Part shown: positions 42,401 to 51,900 of the stretch, piece by piece
Numbering within the stretch: position 1 is the stretch's first letter
Layout of the letters: each line of letters opens with the position of its first letter
Virus record (IMG/VR): IMGVR_UViG_3300025093_000011
Coordinates: 32,001 to 96,000 of that record
DNA length: 64,000 nt
Reading direction: 5' to 3' (one strand)
Origin: a virus
Notes under the pieces: generated by a model
Told to the model about the DNA's origin: nothing
What the model saw: only the letters and a program-made list of their open reading frames with translations
Databases searched by the model: none
Program-made: the position numbers and the translations under genes

Positions 42401-45400
42401 GTGATCCATATGAAGGAATTGAAGAAGCTGATGGAGCTGCATTTGCAACGTTAGATGCATACAGGATGCTTAAAAAATTAGGAGGTCCAAATGAATGGAC
42501 TAGTGAACAAGAAAACTTATATCAGCAAGTAATTAAAGGTGAAGATACTGATCCATTAAAAGTAAAGGAAGCATTTCCGGTTTATAAACTGCATTATTAT
42601 GGTCCCTTAATGAACAGTGAAATTAATACAACTCTTATGTATAAATTTGCTGTTGCACCTATCATACCTACAATTGCTAAATCAGATACAGAATTGTATA
42701 AATTGCAGAAGTACATGATTGAAAATAATTTTCAAATGATTACAATGAGTACTGGTTCAAAAGTATCTACTTTAACAATGAATGGTGAATTTGATGATAT
42801 ATATCTACCTTCTGATAATGATTATTTTAAAGATAAATATATTAATCCAAATGCTAAATTAGCAAATAATAAGATTCATATTAGATATTTAAAAAATGTT
42901 ACTAAGGTAGCATCTAAATTAAAAAAGACTATAACTAAACCAACTCAAGAAAGAATAATGACCATTAGTGGTTTATTCAAAGAAGGTGAAATTAATGATA
43001 AACATAGAGAATTTTATAATGAATATAAGAATGCTGTTGATGCTTTAACAGATGCCTATGAACAAGAATTTTTAGATGAGATTGGTTATGAATTTAAAGA
43101 TGGTAAATATGTCGGTAAGCTAGATAACTTAATAAGAGTTATAAGAGATGAGCTTGAATTAAAAGATGTACCTGTACAATTACGAGCTGCACTAGATGTA
43201 GATCTTAATGAACAACTTAGTAAAGATTTTTCATTACATCCTGAAGCAGGGTTAGTTGAAAAAATTGTAATTAATAGAATAGCAAAAGCACTTGTAAGAC
43301 AAAAAGTAAAAGGAGAAAAAGACATACAAGTTCCAAGTACTTTTTATAATGGACTATGGAGTTCTGAATATGAACAGGATCCAAAGATTATTAATGATCC
43401 TAAAGAAATAAAAAAGTTTTTAGGTAGTAATAATTTACCTAGTTATAGAAGAGGTGATATATTAAAAGGTAAAAACGGTAAGATATTAAAAGATAAAGAT
43501 GGATATCCTCTAAGAGAAAAAACAAAGTTAGCTAAAATTGCTGTTTCTATTAACCATGGTGATTTTATTAATTTATTAAACCTTGAATACAAAGGTAAAA
43601 AGATTGGAACAAGACAAAACTTAAATAAACTTATAAAAGATGATAAGTTTTTAGAAGAGCATGGTGATAAAGTTAGAATAACAGGACCTAGGATTCCTGT
43701 AGATGATTTGAATCTAAAGGATGGTTTTGAAGTGTGGCACTTTTTAGATGCTTCTTCTGCTAATACTGTAGTAGTTCCTACAGAAATTGTTGCAAAAGAA
43801 GGTTCTGACTTTGATGTTGATGCATTATTTTTATCTTTCCCTACTATAAATAAAGATGGATCTTTTCCAATTAAAGTTGACTTTAAGAAAGAGTATGCAA
43901 AACTAAAGGCAGAAAATAAAAGTACTAAAGCATTAATTGAAAACCAAATAGGTTATGCTCAAAATGAATTAATTAGAACTGAGCTAAATATATTAACATT
44001 AGCAGACAACTATGCAAATCTTACAAAACCAAATGCAACTTATCTAATATCTGATGAAGCTGAAGGTTTTTATAAAGAGTATGCTCAAGAGTTTGATCCT
44101 TTAGCTAATAAGAATACTACAGAAAGATATGTTAGTCCTACAACAGTAACTAATATTAATTATGATGTTAATAAGTTTGCTCAGTTATTAGGAGGTGCTA
44201 AACCTTTAGGGATGCTTGCTAAGAAAAAGAAACAACATGTTCTATATAAATATGCAGGTATGGCAATGCCTGGACAAATTCTTATTGATGATGATGTTTC
44301 ATATAATTATGTACCTAACTTTAAGTTTGAATATCAAAAAACATCTGATGGTAGAATATCTTTTTCTCACGAGAATTCTGTAACAAATCAAGATATTTCA
44401 ACTACATTTTCTCATAGCTTTCAAGGAGTTCTTGATAGAGGAAATAACCCATTCCCTGCATATGTGAACTTTACAAAAGATTCACTTCCTGTATTTAATA
44501 GAATGTTAGAATCAGGAATAGATAAAAGCATTGCTTTAGCACTTATAAACCAACCAATAATTAAAAGGTTTCTTAATGATTTAAATGAAACTAAAGGTAT
44601 AGTGGCTGTATTAAATGGTCAGCAAAGCACTAAAGGTGAAGTTTTAGAAAACATTTTATTAGGTCTTTCAGATAATTTAAGAGCTATTGTATATAATGCA
44701 GTGGATGTTGCTAATGAAAACAGACTTGATAAAATATTAGATAGCAATGAGGTATCTGCACTAGATGGTAAGTTTTCTGTAAAATATCTTGATGGTTACA
44801 CTGAACAAACCGAATGGAAAACTTATAAAACTCTAAAGGGTTTAAAAACTTTCATTAAGAAAAATTCAGATAATAGTTATGAACTTGTTATTAATGAAAG
44901 TAAACTAGGAAATAAAACTAGAGTTTATCAAGAAAAAGGTTTAAGATTTTTTGCTTGGTCACCTAATGAGTTGGCAGATGTTTTATGGAAAGATTCATAT
45001 GGTAGTAATGCTCCTACTGTAGAAGAGTTACAAAATAATATTTCTAAACTTGAACCAATTGCTTCTCAAAAATATTTGATGGATCAAGCTGCTTTATTAC
45101 TTTACTTTTTACAAATTCAAAACTTGTCTTCAGATTTTGAACAGTTTGAAATTGACTTTAATCCAGATACTAGTATTTTAGATACTATGGCTTCATTAGA
45201 TATTTATGAAAGAAATTTAAATAGATTACTGAAGGATCCTTTTAGTAAATTAGATACAGCTGGTGCTAATAGATTAATGAAAGAGTCAGTTTTATCTTCA
45301 ATGAATAAGTATGAGATTTATAAAGATATAGTAATTCCTTTATTTCCATTAAGATTAAATTCTAGAATAAACTTCTTCTTAGTAAATTCTCTTTTGGATA

Positions 45401-48066
45401 AAAAATTTAAGAAAAGAGTTACTGATGTATATGGTACAAGAAAAGAAGATGTAGATAGATTTATTTCAAACTTTAATAATGCTATAGTAGATTACATTTA
45501 TCAAAATACAATGTCAGGAATGCCTGATACTGTAGGATTACCTCAAACTATTCCTAATGAAAATCCTTATAACCTACCTGTTGAGTCTGCAGAATTAAGT
45601 TATGAAAAACCTGTTGAATTTACAGATAGTAAAATTAAAGTAGACTTTAAAAAGATTGATGCAATTTTTAAAACTAAAAGATATCTATCAAATAATAAAA
45701 GCAGTACATCTTTTGCTGAATTAGGTTTGGATACATTTAAACAGAATGAAGATCCTTTTACAAATAAAGATTCTTTTGTAAAATATTTAATTGAGAAAGA
45801 ATCTTTGTATAATCAATATGATGTAAAGGATTTTAAAAATAAAACTGAATATGAACAATTTATTTCTAAAAGAGCTTTATTAAATAACTTTAATCATAAA
45901 TACATAATGGGTAGAACTAAGTATTCTTATACTCAAGATGTTGTAAAGATGATACAGTCTAATAAATTACTTATGGAAAGATATCCTGTATTAAAACAAT
46001 TGAATAGTTCATTCTTTATGAAAGGTGTTGGATATAATCTATTAGAATTAAGAGATAAAGGTATAATTGATTCAAGTACTTCAAACTTATACAGCAAACA
46101 GTTAACTCAACTTGGAGATGTGACAGTTAAGAAAGTAAAAGATAAAGCTAAAAATAAAGAGATTAGTGATATATTTAAAAACTTTTTCTTAATAACCCTA
46201 TATCAGCATGGTATTGGAAGAGGTATTATAAACTTTCCACAGATACAGAATCCAGAAACTTTTATGGAAATTATGAGTAATACTACTAATTCTTTCTTAA
46301 ATAAGACTCTTGAATCTAAAGGTAGTGGTGAGATTTTCAACTTTATTACCAATAGACTTTTAGCTCCTAATGTTTATAAGAACTATGTTCAAAGTGCTAA
46401 TGCATTTAATGGTACAAATATAGAAACTGACTCAATTCCTACAGAGGATTCTCAGTTACAAAAGTTAGAAGAAGATATTACACTCATAGAGTTTGGTATT
46501 TCTATAGGGGCTGCTACTGAAGCTGAGTTAAATGCAGCTAGGGAAAGACTTAATAAGTATTTGGATCAAAATAAACCTAAACGTCCTAATAACTTAAATG
46601 TTAAAAAAGGTAGTGGAGTTAAAATTATATCTGAACCTTATGGAGTGGCAGTTATTGAAACAAATCCAACAAAAACATTACAGTCTAAGTTTTTAGATCT
46701 TATTAAACCTCAAATAAAAGCTCAAGCTATAAAAGAGAATAAAGGTAGAAATGCTAACTTGATGTTCCAATTTGGATTAAGATGGGCTAGAGTAGAACTT
46801 TCTGCTCAACCTTTAGAAATTAATTCTCCATCATATGATTCTAATGCTAGAAAGAAAGAGATTGCAGCACTAGAAAAATCTAATAAAGATAAAACTGATA
46901 AGTTTGTGTATGCATATCATCAACTAGATCAGAATGGAACTCTATTACCGGAACTATCAGAACTACAACCTATAATAGATGATATACAAAAATCTTTAGG
47001 AATAGATATGTCTAATTATGATGCAATGATTGGTAACATATATTTACCAGGACAAGCTGTAGCTACACATAAAGATGTTACTGAAAGTAAATCTGCAGAA
47101 AATTATCCTGTAATAGTATATACACTTGGTGCAGGAAATGCAATAAACATTTATGAAAATGTTAAAGATCCAGGTAAAGCATCATTCGCATCTGATAAAA
47201 AAGTTACTATACCAACTAAAGCAGGTACTATATATACATTTGGTTTAGAAGGAAAAGGTAGATTTGAATTAGCACATGATACACCAAGAGCTATACAGAA
47301 AGGTGAAGCATTAGAACCTATCACTCTTCCTGATGGTAAAGTAGTAAAAGATTATACTATTACACTTACTTTTAGAAGAGCAGCTGATTTAGATCCAGGA
47401 ATGCCTAAGACACCTAAATCATTAATATCTACTCCAACTGAAGAAGTTGAAGAAGTAGATATACAACCTATTGATATATCATCTAATAGTAGAGGTCTTG
47501 GAGGTGCTCTTACTAACCCTACAGAATTATCTAAATCAAAAGGTAATATTGCTATGTCATATCCTGTTGAAGTTAGAGGTAAAAAATATCAAGATGCTGA
47601 GGCAGCATACCAAGCTTTAAAAGATAAAAAAGAGAGTACTACTAAACCTTCTAAAGATAAAAGTAGTAACTTTGCATTGATGACAGAAATATTAACTAAT
47701 AAACTAGATACTTATCCAAATCTATTTTCAGAGATTCAAAACAGAGGAGGTCTAGCATTTCTTAATGTATCAGTTCATCAACCTACTAATAAGAACACTG
47801 TATGGGAAAGTGGAGGTCAGAATTGGTTTATAGAATCTTTGGCTGAAGCCTTTGTTGCAACTCAAGCAACATATAACTTGCAATCTATACAAGGTAGTTT
47901 ATTTATTGATCCTTCAATATCTAATTATTATAATAGCTTAAGTAAGAAAGAAAAAGAAGATCTTGAATTAAGATATGGAAATGAACAGTTTGCTCAAGCT
48001 CAATGGGATAGTGCTCCTGCAAGTTTCACAATGGAACAATTTATTGAAATATTAAAATGTAAGTAA
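36478..48066 (+). CDS. Virion-packaged DNA-dependent RNA polymerase (crAss-like, double-psi barrel) fused to zincin, AlkB-like 2OG-Fe(II) dioxygenase and NADAR-like domains
   Basis: Catalytic 'GSDFDVD' at 43801-43821, preceded by 'GPRIP' and 'VVVPTEIVAK'. HEAFH at 38920-38934 with downstream 'EEFLAEDF'. 'NIYLPGQAVATHKD...HDTP...ITLTFRR' (~47030-47380). 'LTNP...YPVEVRGKKYQDAEAAYQALK...GQNW' (~47490-47840). Confidence 0.85.
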   Translation: MIKCTLGQPQFDWLYGSTKAAIKAELDNGKSFNVSSYMDFLYERIKKAEDADRAAQFLAVTPDILDLVISRNYADNIDNITGVEQLTKLRAKFSNPESNIDNVIEFFEKDNKVNLEINKQNKINTKGATVNKVDTKYKSGGPRLLANTILSATFPEYKSEGGKFDPETINPERNLINKTLSKIAESIDLQSSLLQFPEYQGKKIALRAVNMSSFTYGGTAEGRTNFSKLDSTTQDEIMRSRKLSSAAIAKSDVTQVNKRALIVVIDAETGKPLSFNFNGDIVDSKDINGKYVFQFMRDIQKVGNTYTVKDIYGIEDRVDTSNVDQKDLEDAYKLKQKALRGDGVVLNFLGMTEGVDSQLTKKEFSLKELMDQGQIKEKDLSTLKVLPKDSFGFKAGSTVIKINGTYYKLKGNRVTPVVDQIIDVLFSKKVGRKQKIEFYSQFIPENNKHRLTYTARRHVITPLKNGRIAIQIFDKVAKTEEGWPTVDGKTEGLTHTFFIAENGDVIDKTPMGEVVVTNPESVEELKNIFRDALNNAYAPPKGGASFMHYDTDLIERPNDFLEYRDGKFPSRNYIDFLMSQPSIVEIQASQKGFFNKQILFEESNKEVKKEDPNADLMGPKRTLSAEELALIDLSENLEKYRKLLPKQTTENYAVLSYILDQVTGNRYSEQLARDVFDLYNGPLQNTFTSAQVKEFNRKLNSLFPPITPEQNKKDIEDNQDDISGQTSLDLDLDRSGNLTSDTISKEDLKNANDFWKNSKLGKKLSKYIELNRAANIANSDAYAKFIIDGAQLLNPDVLGRIDINKAKGTLVDVYHEAFHGFTQLFLSKQEKIDLYNAVLNYKDKSGRKPYENMSELEIEEFLAEDFRTYMKGNYKRKSTLINRIFRRILNILKAIFGVKSKPVVSSLKVDAMAIPAVNELYTKLNFSEKYPGFLNKYKASIDNVMFYQLDRGVTAVDKLKNEKYRRTVLSKQDSDFMSSNIDSIISEEIDKFYDVKVGKSTNSELIAKYKGANISALLKPGNRAQIYKEVLKRLKDTLAELTDKHSTSENTISKIEDFEGIETAAVATLVVNEDDSTKDPNKYFFLSSQIDSFDNLTPNMKRGDRIKGETWQGVKIVGDYYVHNTIKDGSNRKAEIIVISELEDAEIQFDNYIKAGAKKYERVDVKEATEPELTIEDENVLNNMRLLETSIKNFGDPFYESKGGKPTGLIKYHLQNSDFEFGKVKYVVEEEVNEKGDELGESDSPVSEGLESMDPEYYDNKKSLYDLADSEVIYLLKGLFKVDSNGKPIKNSLGFNEREDFRSTWNLVSKSIGGIQDRQKAFDILKEEAELFPALKQLVDYKLPGPEGIKNTYAFDISSSFWHTFARPSAKFWQVSVIEGEPVLQESSPAAAKVLTNFKSYFKSFPNPYVKDQTLNLEKLVKSFSNNNGEINSKDFKSFLNALGIILDNTKKINTAIDNSDVQINKLFDLVKDIETISQKETLSKNEKILVSRFTQDPITTLQTLEWSKFMYLLPSFKTVQILAPVSTINLFANLQSKYGFDSPVENIILPDGNKAFAVTNHSSVSSMVDGINNLDELDNAWADTNSHMSFLDPSKNFFTNRSKLIASIFDPVTGKKIKGRELNFLAFAGLEVVDEMVAQGINTPDLVPIDKFYLAYNTMMQKGIGEFIRHAEKRMAFGIAPNEKSQVILDNGLKSGTDGLWISKDLFQNELEVSEGELMAIEGYLLDYIGVEFDRISFFKKNPEVLKNTIGFNRDVRGTKAGLTFGLTDDLLTKDIKKTLTGLAETLDENEDIVEYIKADSKLYDEISKSITNYFNQVAEETYKNYVSKIKSIPQDMVSVKAFVYNDYINKFEMFNLIHGDAVQFNHSKEQATKRAPGSTSNGDSFVYDEYAQDFINQVFQGENVNTYAKELSKELDDETIQDFNFDGTLNTGVIKDPKRKTVYMDELVEGWTEAYEKAGLTPQEIKYRLEKDRDPYEGIEEADGAAFATLDAYRMLKKLGGPNEWTSEQENLYQQVIKGEDTDPLKVKEAFPVYKLHYYGPLMNSEINTTLMYKFAVAPIIPTIAKSDTELYKLQKYMIENNFQMITMSTGSKVSTLTMNGEFDDIYLPSDNDYFKDKYINPNAKLANNKIHIRYLKNVTKVASKLKKTITKPTQERIMTISGLFKEGEINDKHREFYNEYKNAVDALTDAYEQEFLDEIGYEFKDGKYVGKLDNLIRVIRDELELKDVPVQLRAALDVDLNEQLSKDFSLHPEAGLVEKIVINRIAKALVRQKVKGEKDIQVPSTFYNGLWSSEYEQDPKIINDPKEIKKFLGSNNLPSYRRGDILKGKNGKILKDKDGYPLREKTKLAKIAVSINHGDFINLLNLEYKGKKIGTRQNLNKLIKDDKFLEEHGDKVRITGPRIPVDDLNLKDGFEVWHFLDASSANTVVVPTEIVAKEGSDFDVDALFLSFPTINKDGSFPIKVDFKKEYAKLKAENKSTKALIENQIGYAQNELIRTELNILTLADNYANLTKPNATYLISDEAEGFYKEYAQEFDPLANKNTTERYVSPTTVTNINYDVNKFAQLLGGAKPLGMLAKKKKQHVLYKYAGMAMPGQILIDDDVSYNYVPNFKFEYQKTSDGRISFSHENSVTNQDISTTFSHSFQGVLDRGNNPFPAYVNFTKDSLPVFNRMLESGIDKSIALALINQPIIKRFLNDLNETKGIVAVLNGQQSTKGEVLENILLGLSDNLRAIVYNAVDVANENRLDKILDSNEVSALDGKFSVKYLDGYTEQTEWKTYKTLKGLKTFIKKNSDNSYELVINESKLGNKTRVYQEKGLRFFAWSPNELADVLWKDSYGSNAPTVEELQNNISKLEPIASQKYLMDQAALLLYFLQIQNLSSDFEQFEIDFNPDTSILDTMASLDIYERNLNRLLKDPFSKLDTAGANRLMKESVLSSMNKYEIYKDIVIPLFPLRLNSRINFFLVNSLLDKKFKKRVTDVYGTRKEDVDRFISNFNNAIVDYIYQNTMSGMPDTVGLPQTIPNENPYNLPVESAELSYEKPVEFTDSKIKVDFKKIDAIFKTKRYLSNNKSSTSFAELGLDTFKQNEDPFTNKDSFVKYLIEKESLYNQYDVKDFKNKTEYEQFISKRALLNNFNHKYIMGRTKYSYTQDVVKMIQSNKLLMERYPVLKQLNSSFFMKGVGYNLLELRDKGIIDSSTSNLYSKQLTQLGDVTVKKVKDKAKNKEISDIFKNFFLITLYQHGIGRGIINFPQIQNPETFMEIMSNTTNSFLNKTLESKGSGEIFNFITNRLLAPNVYKNYVQSANAFNGTNIETDSIPTEDSQLQKLEEDITLIEFGISIGAATEAELNAARERLNKYLDQNKPKRPNNLNVKKGSGVKIISEPYGVAVIETNPTKTLQSKFLDLIKPQIKAQAIKENKGRNANLMFQFGLRWARVELSAQPLEINSPSYDSNARKKEIAALEKSNKDKTDKFVYAYHQLDQNGTLLPELSELQPIIDDIQKSLGIDMSNYDAMIGNIYLPGQAVATHKDVTESKSAENYPVIVYTLGAGNAINIYENVKDPGKASFASDKKVTIPTKAGTIYTFGLEGKGRFELAHDTPRAIQKGEALEPITLPDGKVVKDYTITLTFRRAADLDPGMPKTPKSLISTPTEEVEEVDIQPIDISSNSRGLGGALTNPTELSKSKGNIAMSYPVEVRGKKYQDAEAAYQALKDKKESTTKPSKDKSSNFALMTEILTNKLDTYPNLFSEIQNRGGLAFLNVSVHQPTNKNTVWESGGQNWFIESLAEAFVATQATYNLQSIQGSLFIDPSISNYYNSLSKKEKEDLELRYGNEQFAQAQWDSAPASFTMEQFIEILKCK

Positions 48067-48938
48067 TGGCTTGTATAAATAAATCAAATAAAACATATCA
48101 AAATATAGAGAAACGTTATGGTGTATTCTTAGCTGAAGTCTATACAAGAAGTCATCCTAAGAATCTTTCTATGAAAGCTAATGATGATTTTTATATTCCT
48201 TCATTAAGTGAGGTATCTAAAATTGTTAAAGCTGAAGGTATTGATACTATAGAAAACTTTGATGCAAATATGAAACAAAATCCTTATATGACTGAAGAGT
48301 TTATAAGGGATTCATTAAAAGGAGTTATTAGAAAGCATAGAGGTGAATACTATGTAATTAAAGGTATAGATGTAGGACCTTTGCAAACAGCAATCTCTAT
48401 AAAAGAAATCTTTGAAAAAAATTATAGAGTAATGAATACTCTACAATCAAAGTATCCTCAAATAATATCTTTAAGACAAGGACGTAAGCCAAGAAGTTTT
48501 AAAGTTATTATAACTCCTCAGCAAAAACCTGAAGAGGTTGAAGAAAGAACTATAGAACCTAGCTTAAGAGCATATGCTAGATTAGTAGAGCTTAATGATG
48601 GAGCACAACCCAAGATGTTTCAGAGTGGTCCGCATAGATGGCAAAGAGTCGGAAATAATCTATATACTCTTATAGATGAAGACACTGGAGCTGTGTTTAT
48701 GCCAAATGTTAATTTAGTAACAGGGATGCAAGAAGTTGAATCAAATACAACTCCTGTAAATCCTGAATATAAAAAGTATGTACTAAACCAAGTTAAACCA
48801 CTTAATACATCAGCTATGCAAGTATACTTAGCTGAAAGGGGTTATAATATGAATTTAATTATAAAAAACTTAGAATCTGCAGAAACTCAAGAAGAACTTC
48901 TTAGAGTATATAAAGATTTTGTTAAAACTGTATGTTGA
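48066..48938 (+). CDS. Small cargo-cluster protein with N- and C-terminal Cys (putative linker in the chain)
   Basis: 290 aa with a TAATG overlap to the RNAP gene. Starts MACINK and ends KTVC; no other Cys. Confidence 0.7.
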   Translation: MACINKSNKTYQNIEKRYGVFLAEVYTRSHPKNLSMKANDDFYIPSLSEVSKIVKAEGIDTIENFDANMKQNPYMTEEFIRDSLKGVIRKHRGEYYVIKGIDVGPLQTAISIKEIFEKNYRVMNTLQSKYPQIISLRQGRKPRSFKVIITPQQKPEEVEERTIEPSLRAYARLVELNDGAQPKMFQSGPHRWQRVGNNLYTLIDEDTGAVFMPNVNLVTGMQEVESNTTPVNPEYKKYVLNQVKPLNTSAMQVYLAERGYNMNLIIKNLESAETQEELLRVYKDFVKTVC

Positions 48939-48939
48939 T

Positions 48940-51900
48940 ATGGCAACTTGTCCTAATAAAAATAGTAAAGAATGGAAAGAGATTCTTTCAGAAGCACAAA
49001 ACAATGAACAAATTGCAATGGATCTTTGGATTAAAAAAGGATTCAATCAGCAAGAGGATTTAAACGAAGATGCTAAAGAGGGAGATCTAACTAATGAGGA
49101 AATAGAAGCACTGCAAGAGCTTGATCCTATGCAAAGATTAGCTCAAAAGACTAAAGTATATCTTCAAAAAAGAATTAATATTCTTTCAAATCAGAAAGTT
49201 AAAGACGTAGATAGAAAAACAAATAGGCTCAAAGAACTTTTACAAAACATGAAAGCTGTAGAGGAAGTTGAGTCAATAAATCTATTTATCGAAGAAGCAT
49301 ATAAAATGTCTCAACAGTTAAAGCAAAGAACAAAACAATTTTTGATTGATGTAAAGAAAGAGGATGTTGATAGAAAAGAACTTATAGAAGCTTTAACTAA
49401 TATAAACGAGTATGCAAACAGTTATAATATATTAGATGAGATATCTAGTGAAGATCTTTTTGATTTCTTTCAGTTAGACGAAGACGCTGAACAAAAAATG
49501 TTTGAAGAAGATGAAGAAGGGAATGTGAAATTAAGTATGAAAGAAAAACTAGAAAGAGCAGTAACTACTAGAAATATCATACGACAAAGAATGCTGGATG
49601 AAGGCATACCTTTATTAGCAGAGTTTTTATTAGATGCAAGATCAAAATACAGTGCTGAAGGTTTAGAAAAAGAAATTGCAGCAAAACGAGCAGAGATTGA
49701 AAAAATAAAGAATGATGTAACTAATGAAAAAAGAAGAGATAGACTTATTCAAAAAGTAGAAAGACAAATAGATCTTTTAAGCACGAAGGCTCAAGATAAA
49801 GATGGTATGATTAAGATACTAAAAGAAGCTGCTATAGAAGAAGGAGTCTTAGACTTTTTAGTAGGGCCATTAATTAGTTCACCTGATAGTGCTGTTGCAT
49901 TATTTGCTAAAGCAATTAAAGATCAGTTAGAGTTTGCTAGATTAAAAGATATTAATATTAAAAGAGAATTGACTGACGAATATTTAGAATACAGAAGTCA
50001 AGCTCCGGGATCAACTGACAATCCTCAAAAATTTAATGAAGGTTTATATACTGTAGTAGAAGTACCTGTATATGAAACGGTGCAATCAAAAAAGAATCCT
50101 AACTATTATTATAAGACGGTTAAGAAAGATGAGGCTGGTAATATAGTATATAAGAAAGAGGTACACTTTGTTGAAAGAATAGATAGAAAGAAATTTAAAG
50201 CTGCACAAGCCCAATGGTGGGCTGAAAACCCTAAGCCGCATGCAGATAAAATACCTGAGCAATTAACATCATCAGAAAAACAAGATGTTAGAAATTGGGA
50301 AAATAAAAAGAAGCAATGGTATAAAGAAAACATGACAGAGAAATCTGCAGAAGCTATTAAAGCTATTGATGATAAGATGAAGAATGAAAGAGATGCAGAA
50401 ATCATTAGTAAAAAACAATACGCAAACTGGTTTAACAATGAAAGGTTTAAAGAGATACAAGAACCTTCTTCAAAGTATATAAGTGAGAAGTGGTTAGCAA
50501 TGTATAACAAAGATGGTAAGCCTAAGAATGCAATGGGAGAATATCACAAAGCACTTACCGATACTTACTACGGTGCTCAAGAGTTATTACCTGAATCACA
50601 ACGAACAGGTTCTAGAATACCATCTATTCCTAAGAAAGATTTAGAAAGGTTATTAGATGAAGGAATTAGTAATCTAGTAAAGACTAACATTAAAGAAACT
50701 ATTTCTATACAAGCTTATGATACAGAATACGGTGGCAACATTGCAACTTTGGGAGGGGAAGCTGTGAAGTTCTTACCTATATTCTTTACACAAAATATTG
50801 ATGAATCAGATATAAGCTATGATTTATTAAGTTCTGTTTTATTATTTAGTCAAATGGCAAATAAGTATGACGCACTGAATGAAGTTAATGGTGAGATATC
50901 TTTAATGAAACAAGTTATATCTAAAAGAGCTAATCCGAAATTTGATGAGGTATCTGGTAAGAAACAATTTGATGTAGTGGCTAAGAGATTTGGCCTTGAA
51001 GAATTTATTGTTAAGAGTGGAGAAAGTTTTACTAAAAAACATTTAGATGCATTTATTGATATGATTGTATATGGAGAGATGCAAAAGAAAGAAGTTCTCT
51101 TGGGTTTACAGTTTGATAAAATAACTAACACAATAACCGGATTTTCTGCACTAACATCTATTGCAGCTGATTTACTTAAAGGTGTGGCTAATAACTTACA
51201 AGGTAATATACAATTAATTATAGAAGCATCGGGAGCAGAATTCTTTAGTGCTGCTGACTTAGCAAAATCTAAAGTTCAGTTCATGGAGAATGTTGCGGGA
51301 ACATTAGGAGACTTTGGTAAACCTAGTCCTACAAGTTGGATGGGTAGACTTAATGAGTTATATGACCCTATACAAGGAGACTTTACTGATAAGTATGGAA
51401 GAATTGTTTCTGCAAGTGTAGCAAATAAACTATTTAGAACTAATACATTATTCTTTAATCAGTACTTTGGGGAATATGAAATACAAGTTTCAGGAATGCT
51501 AGCATTAATGAATGCTACAGAAGTTAGAGATAAGGAGAATGGTACTAATATAACTATGTATGAAGCACATAAGAAATATGGTCCTGATTCAGGTGATTTA
51601 AATGGGAAAGTTGAGTGGATTACTCAGGATAAAGATGGGAATAATGTTTATGAGGATTTTAATGAAAAGCATAGGAGATCTTTTCAAGATAGAGTTCATG
51701 CATTAAGTAAAAAAATGCATGGTATATACAATACCTTTGATAAAGGTACTGCACAAAAGCAATCTTTGGGCCGTCTAGCTTTGATGTATAGAAAGCATAT
51801 GTATCCTGGATTTAAAAGAAGATGGAAACAGTATTCTTGGGATGAGGAACTTGGTTCAGGGACTGAGGGTCACTATAGAACCTTTTGGAATACTTTTGTT

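Noticed and set aside
2187-48938. Stop-codon reassignment (TAG or TGA) as in some crAss-like phages, fusing the giant genes
   Set aside because: ORFs are long and tightly packed under the standard code. TAG at 36462 is followed immediately by TAA, and readthrough at 2187 or 48936 hits TAA within a few codons.
48919-48939. Track start at TTG 48919 for the last cargo protein
   Set aside because: ATG at 48940 follows the upstream stop by 1 nt and gives an N-terminus matching that of the preceding gene (C.NK..K.W/Y).
36459-48951. Terminal Cys as split inteins / protein trans-splicing
   Set aside because: No Hint-domain motifs and no His-Asn at the C-termini; the N-terminal Cys are at positions 3-4 rather than 1.
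112-51131. Short - strand ORFs inside the + strand giant genes (e.g. 5096, 7213, 30413, 38649, 50109)
   Set aside because: Antisense shadows of long coding frames with skewed F/L/S/I composition and no independent signals.
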